Shown one piece after another: positions 8,121 through 16,623 of a stretch of 34,044 nucleotides of DNA. Origin of the DNA: a virus (lineage: Duplodnaviria; Caudoviricetes); IMG/VR virus record IMGVR_UViG_3300049436_000163, positions 1-34,044 of that record; one strand, 5' to 3'. The first letter of the stretch is position 1. Each line of letters starts with the position of its first letter. The translations under genes and the position numbers were made by a program. A model generated the notes under the pieces. That model had not been told where the DNA came from and ran no database searches. It saw only the letters and a program-made list of their open reading frames with translations.

Positions 8121-10375
8121 CAGTACTTGCCCGTGCCGCGCGGCGCCACCAGCTCGTAACTGCCCTCACCCGGCAGCGCGGTGCGGTACTCGCCGAAGTA
8201 GCCGATGTAGTGGCCGATGATGTTCGGGTTCCAGTGGTAGAACCCGTTCTTGATCAGCATGTCGTCCATGCTGGTGCCGTTGATGTTGTAGCCGAACTGG
8301 ACGTTGGTACGCTGCAGGACCTGCACACCGTTCTGCCACACCGTGTAGCTGCCGATGTTCGGCGGCGCCGATGGGTCGAACACGAAGTGGTAGACGAAGT
8401 CCGTCCACTCGTTGAGGTTGATCGAGCCGAACGTGCCCTGGATCTGCTGGAAGCTGCCGAAGTGATCGGCGTCGTCGCAGACGTCGGTCGTCTCCCACGG
8501 ACGGTGGAACGAGCGCCAGTTCAACCCACCGGCGTTGATCGAGTGAGCCCACATCGGCTGTCCCCACCCGCAAGGCGAATCCCCACCCTGCTGGAGCTGC
8601 AGCAGTACCGCGCCAGCGTTCGGCGCGATCTCGGTCAGGTAGACGGAGAAGCCCATCCACAGGTCACCACCGTTGTGGATCGCGACAACGTCCCCGTTGC
8701 CCACGCAGCGCAAGTGGGTCGGGTCATTGCTGCACTGAGTGCCTTGCGCACCGGAGCCGGCCGCGACGACCTTGCCGTTCGGATAGATCTCCTCGCGGGT
8801 CGTGCCGTAGCAGTTCGGGTTCGCACCGCCAGAGGTGGTGTAGCAGTCCGGTGCCTTCAGCGTGAGCTTCAGGGAAGTCTTGCCGGTGCCGCGGGCGTGC
8901 TCGGTGCTGCACTCGATCTTGCCGTTGTGCCGGCTGTGCTTGAAGCCGACCGCGTCCAGCGTCGTCGGCGTCAGCACGCCAGGCGTGCAGTTGAATGTCG
9001 AGAAGTCGTACAGCAGGCCTTCGCTCGGCGGCGGCGGAGTCGTGTCGGGTCCGGCAACTTGCGCCACCGAGGCGAAGCTCGTCTGGCTCGCGCCATCCAC
9101 AGCCTTGACCGTCAGGCTTCCGCTGCTGCCAGTCGAGAAGAAGTACGACTGGCGCGGCAGATTGTTCAGGTTGACGTTGCGCAGTTCGCCGGTCGTGGTC
9201 GCGGTGCCGCCCTGTCCGCCACTACCGAATGGCGCCCAGCGCTTGTTGGTCGGCAGGGCGAAGGCATACGGCGTCGCGTTGATCAGAATCCACGGGCCGC
9301 CGTCCAGGCTGTAGTAGAAGTTCCAGTTGCCGGCGGACACCTCCTGCAGCTTCAGGTACGGCTCACTTGGCACCGCCACCGACACGCCCGGCACGTTGAA
9401 CGCGGAGTTGCCCGCGAGGCGCGCGCGCGCCTGAACCATATACGTGCCGTCGAGATTCTTCAGCGCGTGCAGCGTCAGCCACGTAATCCCGCCAGATCCG
9501 AAGCACCCATCCGTGGCCAGCGTCGCCGAGGTCGCGCAGAAGCCCAGCTTCGCGTAATTCGCGGCGACCGCCATGTTGAACACACGGCCGGACATGAACG
9601 CTGGCCCAGCGATCAGCTGGCTGGGCGAACTCGGCGCAATGCGGGACGGGACGCCATCGATCTCGCCGGACACCGACAGCGTGAAGTTGCCGCCGCTGTA
9701 GGTCAGCGTCGGCGAGAGGCTCGACGGATCGCCCAGCGTATAGGTCGGCTGCAGGCCCGGCCCTTCGGCGGCCACGTTGGTGCACGCGCCGAGGTCCATC
9801 TGCAGGCAGTACTGGACGACGCCGCTGACCAGGCCGCCCACCGGCACATCGGTCACCGCATCCCACGAGGTCGCCACACCACCGACACCCGGCGTCGCGG
9901 CGAATCCATACGGGCGCAGAGGCGGCGTCGTATCCGACATGGGCGCCGCGGTGTAGGTCCAGTTGAAGGGACCGCAATCGAAGGTCGTCGCATCCTTAAC
10001 CGCGCGGATGCTGAACTGACCGCCACCGGTTCCGCTGCCGGCGTTGACCAGGTTGTCGCCGCTGATACCCCAGCCTTCGCTTTCAGCGTCGTCACCGGAC
10101 ACGTGCACGACGGAGAGCGTCGCGGTGGCGGCACCGCTGCCGGAGAACAGGGCACGCGCCGAACTGGAGAAGGCGTCACCCTGCAGCAGTGCGAGCTGGG
10201 GAAGGCTCGCGGGCGTGCAGTCCAGGACTGTCGAGACGCCATCGTTTCCGGTCCGAAACTCGTCGTAGATGCCGCCGCTCGGCGTGAGCTTGATCGAGAG
10301 ATGGAGCGTGCCGGCGAGCGCCAGTTGCGCGGCCAGCGACAGGCTGGCCAGCAGGACCTGCAAACCGCGCTTCAT
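8120..10375 (-). CDS. Secreted protein with FN3-like segment and C-terminal polysaccharide lyase-like (heparin lyase I/PF14099-type) domain
   Basis: Signal peptide MKRGLQVLLASLSLAAQLALA; DTTPP..P.G FN3 start; C-terminal GKTSLKLTL..REEI..WMGFSVYL..NEWTDFVYHF..VWQNG..KNGFYHW. Confidence 0.7.
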   Translation of the reverse strand: MKRGLQVLLASLSLAAQLALAGTLHLSIKLTPSGGIYDEFRTGNDGVSTVLDCTPASLPQLALLQGDAFSSSARALFSGSGAATATLSVVHVSGDDAESEGWGISGDNLVNAGSGTGGGQFSIRAVKDATTFDCGPFNWTYTAAPMSDTTPPLRPYGFAATPGVGGVATSWDAVTDVPVGGLVSGVVQYCLQMDLGACTNVAAEGPGLQPTYTLGDPSSLSPTLTYSGGNFTLSVSGEIDGVPSRIAPSSPSQLIAGPAFMSGRVFNMAVAANYAKLGFCATSATLATDGCFGSGGITWLTLHALKNLDGTYMVQARARLAGNSAFNVPGVSVAVPSEPYLKLQEVSAGNWNFYYSLDGGPWILINATPYAFALPTNKRWAPFGSGGQGGTATTTGELRNVNLNNLPRQSYFFSTGSSGSLTVKAVDGASQTSFASVAQVAGPDTTPPPPSEGLLYDFSTFNCTPGVLTPTTLDAVGFKHSRHNGKIECSTEHARGTGKTSLKLTLKAPDCYTTSGGANPNCYGTTREEIYPNGKVVAAGSGAQGTQCSNDPTHLRCVGNGDVVAIHNGGDLWMGFSVYLTEIAPNAGAVLLQLQQGGDSPCGWGQPMWAHSINAGGLNWRSFHRPWETTDVCDDADHFGSFQQIQGTFGSINLNEWTDFVYHFVFDPSAPPNIGSYTVWQNGVQVLQRTNVQFGYNINGTSMDDMLIKNGFYHWNPNIIGHYIGYFGEYRTALPGEGSYELVAPRGTGKY

Positions 10376-10848
10376 GGCGTACACCCCGTGATGTAGCCGC
10401 GCAGCAGTTCAGGCACGCGGGGGTCCGTGATGCGGCGGTAGATGGTGCCGCTGGAAGTGACCTGGTCGGACAGGTCACAGGTGATGCCGATTGGTGAGGC
10501 CTTCGTACCGACCTGCACCTCGCCGAGCTTCGCGCCTCGCTTGCCGTTCGCCCCGGCATAGACGACGCGCGTCCCGCCGCTGATGCCCGCTACCGTTGCG
10601 GAGGCGACCCGATCCACCCGCAGCTTCGCGCCCGCGGCCGTCACGAACTGGAAGCACGGCGGAAGATTCCGCACGTCGGCCGATTCCCCGACGCAGTTCT
10701 GCGCCTTCCATGGGCCGAGGTCATCGCCGACCGTGATCGTCAGTTCCAGCGGTTCGGCATGGGCGAACGACAAGCCCAGCAGCGCGGCGGCGAATATCAC
10801 GCGCGCAGCAGCGGGCCTCGCCCTTGCGGGCGCTTGATGTTTCAGCAC
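10372..10848 (-). CDS. Secreted hypothetical protein, first late-operon gene
   Basis: Signal peptide ending AHA-EP, 4 Cys, GGAG RBS upstream. Confidence 0.65.
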   Translation of the reverse strand: MLKHQAPARARPAAARVIFAAALLGLSFAHAEPLELTITVGDDLGPWKAQNCVGESADVRNLPPCFQFVTAAGAKLRVDRVASATVAGISGGTRVVYAGANGKRGAKLGEVQVGTKASPIGITCDLSDQVTSSGTIYRRITDPRVPELLRGYITGCTP

Positions 10849-10860
10849 GGGTTCTCCGGG

Positions 10861-10887
10861 GAAAGAAAGCTCGCGGCTACCCGCGAG
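10861..10887 (-). terminator. Second putative intrinsic terminator in late leader
   Basis: Minus strand CTCGCGG-GTAG-CCGCGAG followed by CTTTCTTTC. Confidence 0.45.
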
Positions 10888-10954
10888 GGGCGGTCACACA
10901 GGGACCGCAGGTTCGGGCCGCGGCGGTCTCCATCCGCAGTCCCAGGGGGTTCGG

Positions 10955-10986
10955 AAACGAAAAAGCCCCGCTCGGTGGCGGGGCTT
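10955..10986 (-). terminator. tR'-like intrinsic terminator
   Basis: Minus strand AAGCCCCGC-CACCGA-GCGGGGCTT then T-rich tract, just downstream of the late promoter. Confidence 0.8.
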
Positions 10987-11022
10987 CGCGCTCTGCAGAG
11001 ACACTTCTACAGGCTAGAAATT

Positions 11023-11051
11023 AGTGTACAAAAGTGTGCAAGATGGGTCAA
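11023..11051 (-). promoter_or_regulatory. pR'-like late promoter
   Basis: TTGACC-17 nt-TACACT directly after the Q-like gene stop. Confidence 0.7.
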
Positions 11052-11054
11052 GCC

Positions 11055-11855
11055 CTATTCGTAGGAAAGTTTCCGACGCACGTGGCCGACCGCGATGGCC
11101 TCCCATCTCTGCGGGATCACCAGTGCCAGCGCGTAGCGTTCCTCCCAGCGCAGGTACCAGGTGCGGCGCGCGACGCCGAGCATCTGCGCGCGGCGTGACG
11201 CGGTGAGCAGGAAGCGCCCTCGCCCGCCGCACAACCGGCAGTCGATTTGCGCTGGCCACATCAACGCCGCCGACAGCGATCGCTGGGCGGCGCGTCGTCG
11301 ATCCCGCAGCACCTCGAGCTGGTCCGACACCAGCCCACGACGCACGGCGTTGCGGAAGTGCTCGACCGCCTCCCCCACCAGCGCGATGAGGTCGCGGACG
11401 TCGCTCGCGGGCGTGGCAATCGAAATATCCCCGCGGCCTTTGCAGCTTGGACACAGCACTGTGGCGGATCCGGACGGCAGCGCCGCTTCGTGGGCGTAGG
11501 TGTCGTGGCGCGAGCGAGCACTGATGATCTCGAACAGCAGCAGGCTCGTCATCCGTTGCAGCAGGTGGATGTCCTCGCCCGTAAGTTCGCCGGTGCGGCG
11601 CCCGTTGCGATCGCGCCCCCTGCCCCAGCCTTCCTGTTCGGCCAGCGCGACCACCTCGTAGCCGAGCAGTTCCTCGACCCTGTCCATACTGCCGCGGTGA
11701 CCGAGGAACGCCGCCATGCCAAAGAGGAACGGCTTCTCGCTGAGGCCGCCCAATGCCAGGCGCACATCGTCGGGCGTGAGCGTGGGCGTGCCGCCCTTGA
11801 TCTTCTTCGGGTCCGGGTGCAGCGCCGCGGGCCCCAGCATCTCCCAGCCGCTCAT
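11055..11855 (-). CDS. Antitermination protein Q-like
   Basis: CPSCKGRG and CRLCGGRG Zn motifs, C-terminal HTH-like segment, followed by promoter and terminator. Confidence 0.75.
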   Translation of the reverse strand: MSGWEMLGPAALHPDPKKIKGGTPTLTPDDVRLALGGLSEKPFLFGMAAFLGHRGSMDRVEELLGYEVVALAEQEGWGRGRDRNGRRTGELTGEDIHLLQRMTSLLLFEIISARSRHDTYAHEAALPSGSATVLCPSCKGRGDISIATPASDVRDLIALVGEAVEHFRNAVRRGLVSDQLEVLRDRRRAAQRSLSAALMWPAQIDCRLCGGRGRFLLTASRRAQMLGVARRTWYLRWEERYALALVIPQRWEAIAVGHVRRKLSYE

Positions 11856-12046
11856 TGGAGGTTGACCCTCCACTCCGGGACCGAGGCGACCTCATCGCAG
11901 CCCGGGCACGGGAAGTAGCGCAGGTGGTGGCTGACCGCATGCACCATCACATGCCTGGTGCCGCAGAACAGGCACTCCATGTGCTCGTGCACCTTCGGCC
12001 GTCGGTCATCCAGGTTGATGACGTTGCTGCTTGTGGCCTGACTCAT
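11852..12046 (-). CDS. Small Zn-ribbon-like hypothetical protein
   Basis: CLFC...CPGC; ATGA coupling on both sides. Confidence 0.6.
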   Translation of the reverse strand: MSQATSSNVINLDDRRPKVHEHMECLFCGTRHVMVHAVSHHLRYFPCPGCDEVASVPEWRVNLQ

Positions 12047-12555
12047 GCCGCCCACCGCTTGCCGCTGCGAATGAAAGAGATGGTTGCCTGCGAGACTCCG
12101 TACTGACGGGCCAGCGCCGCCCCGACCCCGCGCGACTTGGCCGCCCGGCGAATATCCTCGACCTGGCTATCCGTGAGCTTGGCGTTGGCGTTGCCAGATC
12201 CGTTGCTCGACGTGCCGTGGGGGGCCTTCATGCTCTCGTTCTCGGCGTGGCTGGTGTACCGCAGATTGCAGGGCCGGTTGTCGCGCCCATCACCATTGAG
12301 GTGCGACACTTCGAAGCCCGGAGGACACGGACCGTGAAACGCCAGCGCCACCAGTCGATGCAGCAAGTGCCGGCGGCGCTTGCAGGTCACGGCGGTGTAG
12401 CGGCCGCGGTTCGATGCGGTTCCTGCCATCTTGCGCCATGCATCGGTCAGCGGTCCCTTCCCGTTCTTGGGCACCCGCGACCACAAGCTGCCGGCGTCGT
12501 CGACCGCGTAGCCATCGAGACCTGGCACGGGCCTCAAACTTTGTACGTGATCCAT
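12043..12555 (-). CDS. HNH homing endonuclease (NUMOD4-HNH type)
   Basis: VPGLDGYAVDDAG, LHRLVALAFHGP..EVSHLNGDGRDNRPCNLRY, NAKLT C-terminal HTH. Confidence 0.9.
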   Translation of the reverse strand: MDHVQSLRPVPGLDGYAVDDAGSLWSRVPKNGKGPLTDAWRKMAGTASNRGRYTAVTCKRRRHLLHRLVALAFHGPCPPGFEVSHLNGDGRDNRPCNLRYTSHAENESMKAPHGTSSNGSGNANAKLTDSQVEDIRRAAKSRGVGAALARQYGVSQATISFIRSGKRWAA

Positions 12556-12974
12556 TGGCCTTTCACCTTCCGAATGACGTGGAAGTCGAATGGGTACTGC
12601 TCCGCGGCGACCTTGATCTTGACGTTTGCGTCATCCCGCATGAATCCCTTCACCTCGTGGAACTGCAGGTTGCGGTCTGGCATCAGCACAGCGAAGTCGA
12701 CGTTGAAGAACGTGTTGTCGGCGAGTCGCAGCTTCATGCCTTCGAACCGGTACCAGTGGATGTCGCCGGCGTAGAGGCGCGCTTCTAGCAGCTGCGCGTA
12801 CTCGGCCTCGGTCTTGTTCATCTTGCCGGCGTGGCCACGCAACCTGATTGGCGGCGCGGTCAGCAGCGTGGAAGGCGCGTGCGATGAGATCGGGACGATG
12901 GCGACCTGCGCGGGGCCGACGCTGACCGAGCCTTGCTTCAGCAGCACCTGCAGTTGATCCTCGCTGAGGCGCAT
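12534..12974 (-). CDS. DUF1064-like PD-(D/E)xK nuclease
   Basis: MNKTEAEYA...YRFEGMKLRLADNTFFNVDF...HEVKGF. Confidence 0.75.
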   Translation of the reverse strand: MRLSEDQLQVLLKQGSVSVGPAQVAIVPISSHAPSTLLTAPPIRLRGHAGKMNKTEAEYAQLLEARLYAGDIHWYRFEGMKLRLADNTFFNVDFAVLMPDRNLQFHEVKGFMRDDANVKIKVAAEQYPFDFHVIRKVKGQWITYKV

Positions 12975-13411
12975 CAGCTGCGCGCCTCCGGCTCGATGTT
13001 CTCGTACAGCAGGCTGTAGACCTGGCCGATGGTCATCGGGGGTCGGTCGCGCAGGAACAGGAGGCCGAGGTTGCGATCACCGCCGGCCCGGATCAGTTGC
13101 CGCAGCCGATCGCGACGCGCCGCGGCGCCGGCGATGCGCGCGAGGTCGACGCCGTAGTGGTGGCTCGCCCAGGCTTCGAACTCGACGATCTGTGGCAGCA
13201 CCTGGTTGCGATGCTTCGCGCACCACGCAGCGATGTCGTTCAGTAGTGCCTGACGAACGGACCCCATGTCACGGTGGAGCAGGAAGCCGTAGAAGTGCGC
13301 GAGCCCGAACCAGCGCTGCCCTTCCGGCCGCAGCACGATGCGGTACCGCCCGCAGCGACTCGCGTAGCTGTTGTGCCCGGCCTCGTCGAGCAGCAGCGTT
13401 GGTGCGCTCAT
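12974..13411 (-). CDS. Hypothetical phage protein
   Basis: Coupled ORF downstream of the replication initiator. Confidence 0.55.
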   Translation of the reverse strand: MSAPTLLLDEAGHNSYASRCGRYRIVLRPEGQRWFGLAHFYGFLLHRDMGSVRQALLNDIAAWCAKHRNQVLPQIVEFEAWASHHYGVDLARIAGAAARRDRLRQLIRAGGDRNLGLLFLRDRPPMTIGQVYSLLYENIEPEARS

Positions 13412-14409
13412 GCGGCGCAGGCCTGCAGGTAGTCCTCGACGATACGGCTAGCTTCGGCGCGCGCATCCGCCGACATCGATTCGAACGCTTCACCGCGGCG
13501 CGCAACACCGGCACCGCGATCCAGTTCCAGCGCCACCATCCGCTCGCTCAGCGGCAGCGCGGCGTGGGCGATGCGGTCGGCCAGCGCCCTCGGCAGGTCG
13601 GTCAACTGCTTGCGGCGGTACTGCGGCAACCGCGTGCCGACTTCGTCGTCGAACGCGCCCAGCACCGACGACCACCACCACCGCCGGATGGCGCCGAGGT
13701 CCGGCGGCTTCGGCAGCTCGGGTTCGGTCGCGCGCGCGCGTCCACGCGCAGGCGCGCGCGCTCCGGAGGTTGATACTCCGTTAAGAACCTGTTCCGTACC
13801 CCTTGGAAGGGGTCGTTTCGAGGGCTGGAAGGGGTCGTTTCGAGGGCTGGAAGGGATCGTTCCCTTGGAAGGGATCGTTCCCTCCTGAGGGGCTGTTCCT
13901 GCCACTAACGATCCCGTCGGAGGGGTCGTTTCTTCGGAAGCCCAATCCGCGCTCGTATCAGCGTCCAAATCTCCTTGCGCGTCAGAGACTTGCGCAGCCT
14001 CTTCGGTGCGTTTTCCATCGGCCTCGGAAACGACCCCTTCCGCGGGGACGTTTCGGTGTTGGCGCGCATCGATCTGCCGTTTCGCGAAGGCGACATCCGG
14101 ATCGAAGCCGACCAGCCGATACACCGGAATCTGCTTGGTTCGTCCCTGCCTTTCGCCGGTGTCATTGATCAGTCCGCGCCGTACGAGTTCGCGCAGGTAC
14201 ACCTGGACTGCCTTGCGGTCGATCAGCGTCTTTTCGGCGAGCAGTGCGATCGACGGAAACACCAGCCCCGTGTTCCCTTGTTCGCAATCGGCGAGTTCCA
14301 CCAGCAGGAACTTCAGCAGCGCCGGCTGGAACGACCGGCCGGCTTCGTCCTGTTGTTCGAAGACGCGGTTGTCGATGCGCCTGGCCCATGTGTTCGAAGC
14401 GTGGCTCAT
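13408..14409 (-). CDS. Replication initiator, O-like, with N-terminal winged HTH
   Basis: LLKFLLVELAD..GLVFPSIALLAEKT..RKAVQVYLRELVRRGLI; contains internal iterons. Confidence 0.8.
   Translation of the reverse strand: MSHASNTWARRIDNRVFEQQDEAGRSFQPALLKFLLVELADCEQGNTGLVFPSIALLAEKTLIDRKAVQVYLRELVRRGLINDTGERQGRTKQIPVYRLVGFDPDVAFAKRQIDARQHRNVPAEGVVSEADGKRTEEAAQVSDAQGDLDADTSADWASEETTPPTGSLVAGTAPQEGTIPSKGTIPSSPRNDPFQPSKRPLPRGTEQVLNGVSTSGARAPARGRARATEPELPKPPDLGAIRRWWWSSVLGAFDDEVGTRLPQYRRKQLTDLPRALADRIAHAALPLSERMVALELDRGAGVARRGEAFESMSADARAEASRIVEDYLQACAA
13805..14054. repeat. Replication origin iterons (core GGAAGGGRTCGTTYC)
   Basis: Copies at 13805 and 13827 (perfect 22-bp tandem), 13849, 13867, a variant at 13919 and an inverted copy at 14027-14041, all inside the initiator gene. 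Confidence 0.85.
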
Positions 14410-14813
14410 CGGCGGCGCCTCGCGGCCAATGCCTCTGCGGCAAGGCGCACCCTCACCTGCTGCCGCCACCCTGCCACCGTCGCAGGCCTGACGTCCCATT
14501 CACCAGCCAGGACCTTGGTGCCGTACCGGCGGAGGAACTCCTGCTCGGCACGGATCGCATCCGCCAACACGGCGGCACGCTCTTCCGTCAGCCCGGACTT
14601 GCGGCCGCGGCGTGGGCGCGAACGGTCAGTGAATTCTGCGGGATCAACCGGCAGGAACTTGTGGCCGCAAAGCGTCACGTGCACCAGCTCCGGAAATGGT
14701 CCGCCGAGGTCAGGCCGCCGGCGCGCTGGACTGTCGTATCGCTTCGTACCGCGCGAGATACAGCGCCCTGCGCTCCGGTGTTGTGGAGATCGCTGCTTCG
14801 TGCCAGTAAACAT
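14406..14813 (-). CDS. Hypothetical protein with possible C-terminal HTH (start uncertain)
   Basis: Stop overlaps initiator ATG; TKVLAGEWDVRPATVAGW HTH-like. Confidence 0.4.
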   Translation of the reverse strand: MFTGTKQRSPQHRSAGRCISRGTKRYDSPARRRPDLGGPFPELVHVTLCGHKFLPVDPAEFTDRSRPRRGRKSGLTEERAAVLADAIRAEQEFLRRYGTKVLAGEWDVRPATVAGWRQQVRVRLAAEALAARRRR

Positions 14814-15008
14814 CGGCGAGCGCCGAGCGAAGGCTGCGCGGCGTTGGCTGTCCCGACGCGGGCCGTGCTGCCTCGTCGACCTGCGTCATCCGCACTCCCC
14901 TCGATCAGTTCGCTCATCGGGCAGCCTGTGTATGGGTCGAGGTGGGCGGCTCCAGTGCTAGGCTTGTCGTTGCCACACAACCAAGACCCTTCAGCAAAGG
15001 AGCCGCCC

Positions 15009-15086
15009 GTGACCGAAGAACGTGACGTGAAGACGCAGGTGCCCTACCGGCCGAACACGCCGCCGCCGCCACCCAAGGAGAAGTGA
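15009..15086 (+). CDS. 25-aa proline-rich peptide
   Basis: AAAGGAG RBS then GTG; MTEERDVKTQVPYRPNTPPPPPKEK; stop 4 nt before next gene. Confidence 0.55.
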   Translation: MTEERDVKTQVPYRPNTPPPPPKEK

Positions 15087-15090
15087 TGCC

Positions 15091-15555
15091 ATGACCACCC
15101 GGCCGCGTGCGCAAATCCGCGCTGACATCTGCGAGGCCATTCGCCTGAACCAATTGCACCGCCGCTGGTATCGCAAGCTCAAGTACGGCGCTGCCGTGAT
15201 CTCGCTGCTGGGTGGCAGCGCTGCGCTCGCGACGCTGATTCATCCCCATCCACTGGTCACAGCAGGCGCTGGGATCGTGGTGGCCGTGGCTGGGTTCATC
15301 GACATCCTGGGCGACTTCAGCGAGAAGGCTGCGCGGCGCAACGAGTACATAGCGGCTTACTCGAAGCTGCTGGACTCGGGGCTTACGGAAGTGCAGTTGG
15401 AAGACGGACTGCAGGCGGTGTACCGCAGCGTCACCGATAGCGACATCGAGGCGCTGCGCGCCGTGGCCCACAACGACAGCGCCAACAGCATGGGCTGGAC
15501 GCACAACCTGGTCCGCGAGACGCTGGTGCAGCGACTGTGGCGGGCGCTCGCCTAG
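15091..15555 (+). CDS. Two-TM membrane protein, SLATT-like
   Basis: Helical N-terminus, two hydrophobic helices (GAAVISLLGGSAALATLI; LVTAGAGIVVAVAGFIDIL), then FSEKAARR..Y..L helix. Confidence 0.6.
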   Translation: MTTRPRAQIRADICEAIRLNQLHRRWYRKLKYGAAVISLLGGSAALATLIHPHPLVTAGAGIVVAVAGFIDILGDFSEKAARRNEYIAAYSKLLDSGLTEVQLEDGLQAVYRSVTDSDIEALRAVAHNDSANSMGWTHNLVRETLVQRLWRALA

Positions 15556-15615
15556 GCGCACTCGCCCTCGTGGTAGCCTGAGGCCGCCCACAACAACAGC
15601 AACAGAGAGTTCGCC

Positions 15616-15795
15616 ATGACGGACCAGCAACCAGCCGAAGTCATCATCACCGACGTCAAGATCCCTTTCGGATCGATGGTGGTGCTGATCCTGAAGTTCG
15701 TAGTCGCCTCGATTCCTGCAGCACTCCTGCTCACATTCCTGGGCGTGCTGGCGATGAGCATGTTCAGCGCGTTCATCACCGCGGCCGCTCGCTAG
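15616..15795 (+). CDS. Small membrane protein (59 aa)
   Basis: Manual translation MTDQQPAEVIITDVKIPFGSMVVLILKFVVASIPAALLLTFLGVLAMSMFSAFITAAAR. Confidence 0.65.
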   Translation: MTDQQPAEVIITDVKIPFGSMVVLILKFVVASIPAALLLTFLGVLAMSMFSAFITAAAR

Positions 15796-15839
15796 GTACG
15801 ACAAAAGAGCGTCGTGCGGGCGACGACCTGGAGCGGCGC

Positions 15840-16214
15840 TCAAGCCTCGTCCTCGAGCCTGGCCAGTTCCGCCAGTAGCGCCTTGCGACGCGCGACCCTC
15901 GCGCGCTTCTCAGCGTCCGCCGGCGCAACGGGCGTTACCTCGTAAAGCGCCTCGCGGCCGAGGTAGTTCATGATGGAATGATCACCAGCGCCGGCCGCGC
16001 GCTTCATGATGGTGAGCAGTTCATCGGGGGAGAGCTTGTCGTTCTTCTCCGGGTTGAGGCAGTTCCGGATCCGCGACGAAGCCGTCTCCGGCTTCGTCTC
16101 CGCGAGTACAGGCCACAGCAGCTTGGCCACCTTCTTGTGGCCGCCTAGCGAGATGATCGCCGCGCCGATCGCGTCCTCCAGGCAGTCATGCCAAAGGGCA
16201 ATCTGTTCAGCCAT
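15840..16214 (-). CDS. CII-like regulatory protein
   Basis: Directly downstream of cro; LGGHKKVAKLLWP...RIRNCLNPEKNDKLSPDELL. Confidence 0.65.
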   Translation of the reverse strand: MAEQIALWHDCLEDAIGAAIISLGGHKKVAKLLWPVLAETKPETASSRIRNCLNPEKNDKLSPDELLTIMKRAAGAGDHSIMNYLGREALYEVTPVAPADAEKRARVARRKALLAELARLEDEA

Positions 16215-16291
16215 TCCCCACCCTTCCATTTTTCGGGGAAGGCCGGGGAAAGCTGCCCGTGCCACCCTTCACGCTCATGAACTGCATTCCT

Positions 16292-16537
16292 CTAGGTCCC
16301 TGTTTCGCGCGGGTAGAGATCGGGACGCACGTCGTGGCGCGATACGCCCGTGAGGTCTTCAAGCGGAAGTACATACTCCGCTGGCACGACGCCGGTTCGG
16401 TGGCGCCACGCCCAGATGTGCCCTTGGCGAACCTTGCTGTTGGTGCGCTCGCGCAACCGGCGCGCGAGCTTCGATTGCCCACCGGCCGCCTCGATCGCTC
16501 GATCGAGTGCCGCCATCGTCGGGGTGGTCTTTGCCAT
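16292..16537 (-). CDS. cro: Cro-like repressor (YdaS family)
   Basis: ALDRAIEAAGGQSKLAR...VPAEYVLPLEDLTGVSRHDVRPDLY; divergent from cI. Confidence 0.9.
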   Translation of the reverse strand: MAKTTPTMAALDRAIEAAGGQSKLARRLRERTNSKVRQGHIWAWRHRTGVVPAEYVLPLEDLTGVSRHDVRPDLYPRETGT

Positions 16538-16549
16538 AAGACCGACTTT

Positions 16550-16611
16550 ACTACCTTGGTAGTTATTCCAGCAACTACCAATATTGTTTTACCGGTTACT
16601 ACCCCGTTTGT
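16550..16611. promoter_or_regulatory. OR-like operator triplet with divergent promoters
   Basis: ACTACCTTGGTAGT (16550), ACTACCAATATTGT (16574), ACTACCCCGTTTGT (16598), spaced exactly 24 bp. Confidence 0.85.
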
Positions 16612-16623
16612 AGGCTCGCCGTC

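Noticed and set aside
7928-10396. 822-aa plus-strand ORF (also 2087-3331 and 6264-7526)
   Set aside because: Antisense shadows of real minus-strand genes, expected at high GC
13805-13883. Short tandem repeats as mini-CRISPR or VNTR
   Set aside because: No unique spacers; position inside the initiator gene and the inverted copy fit origin iterons
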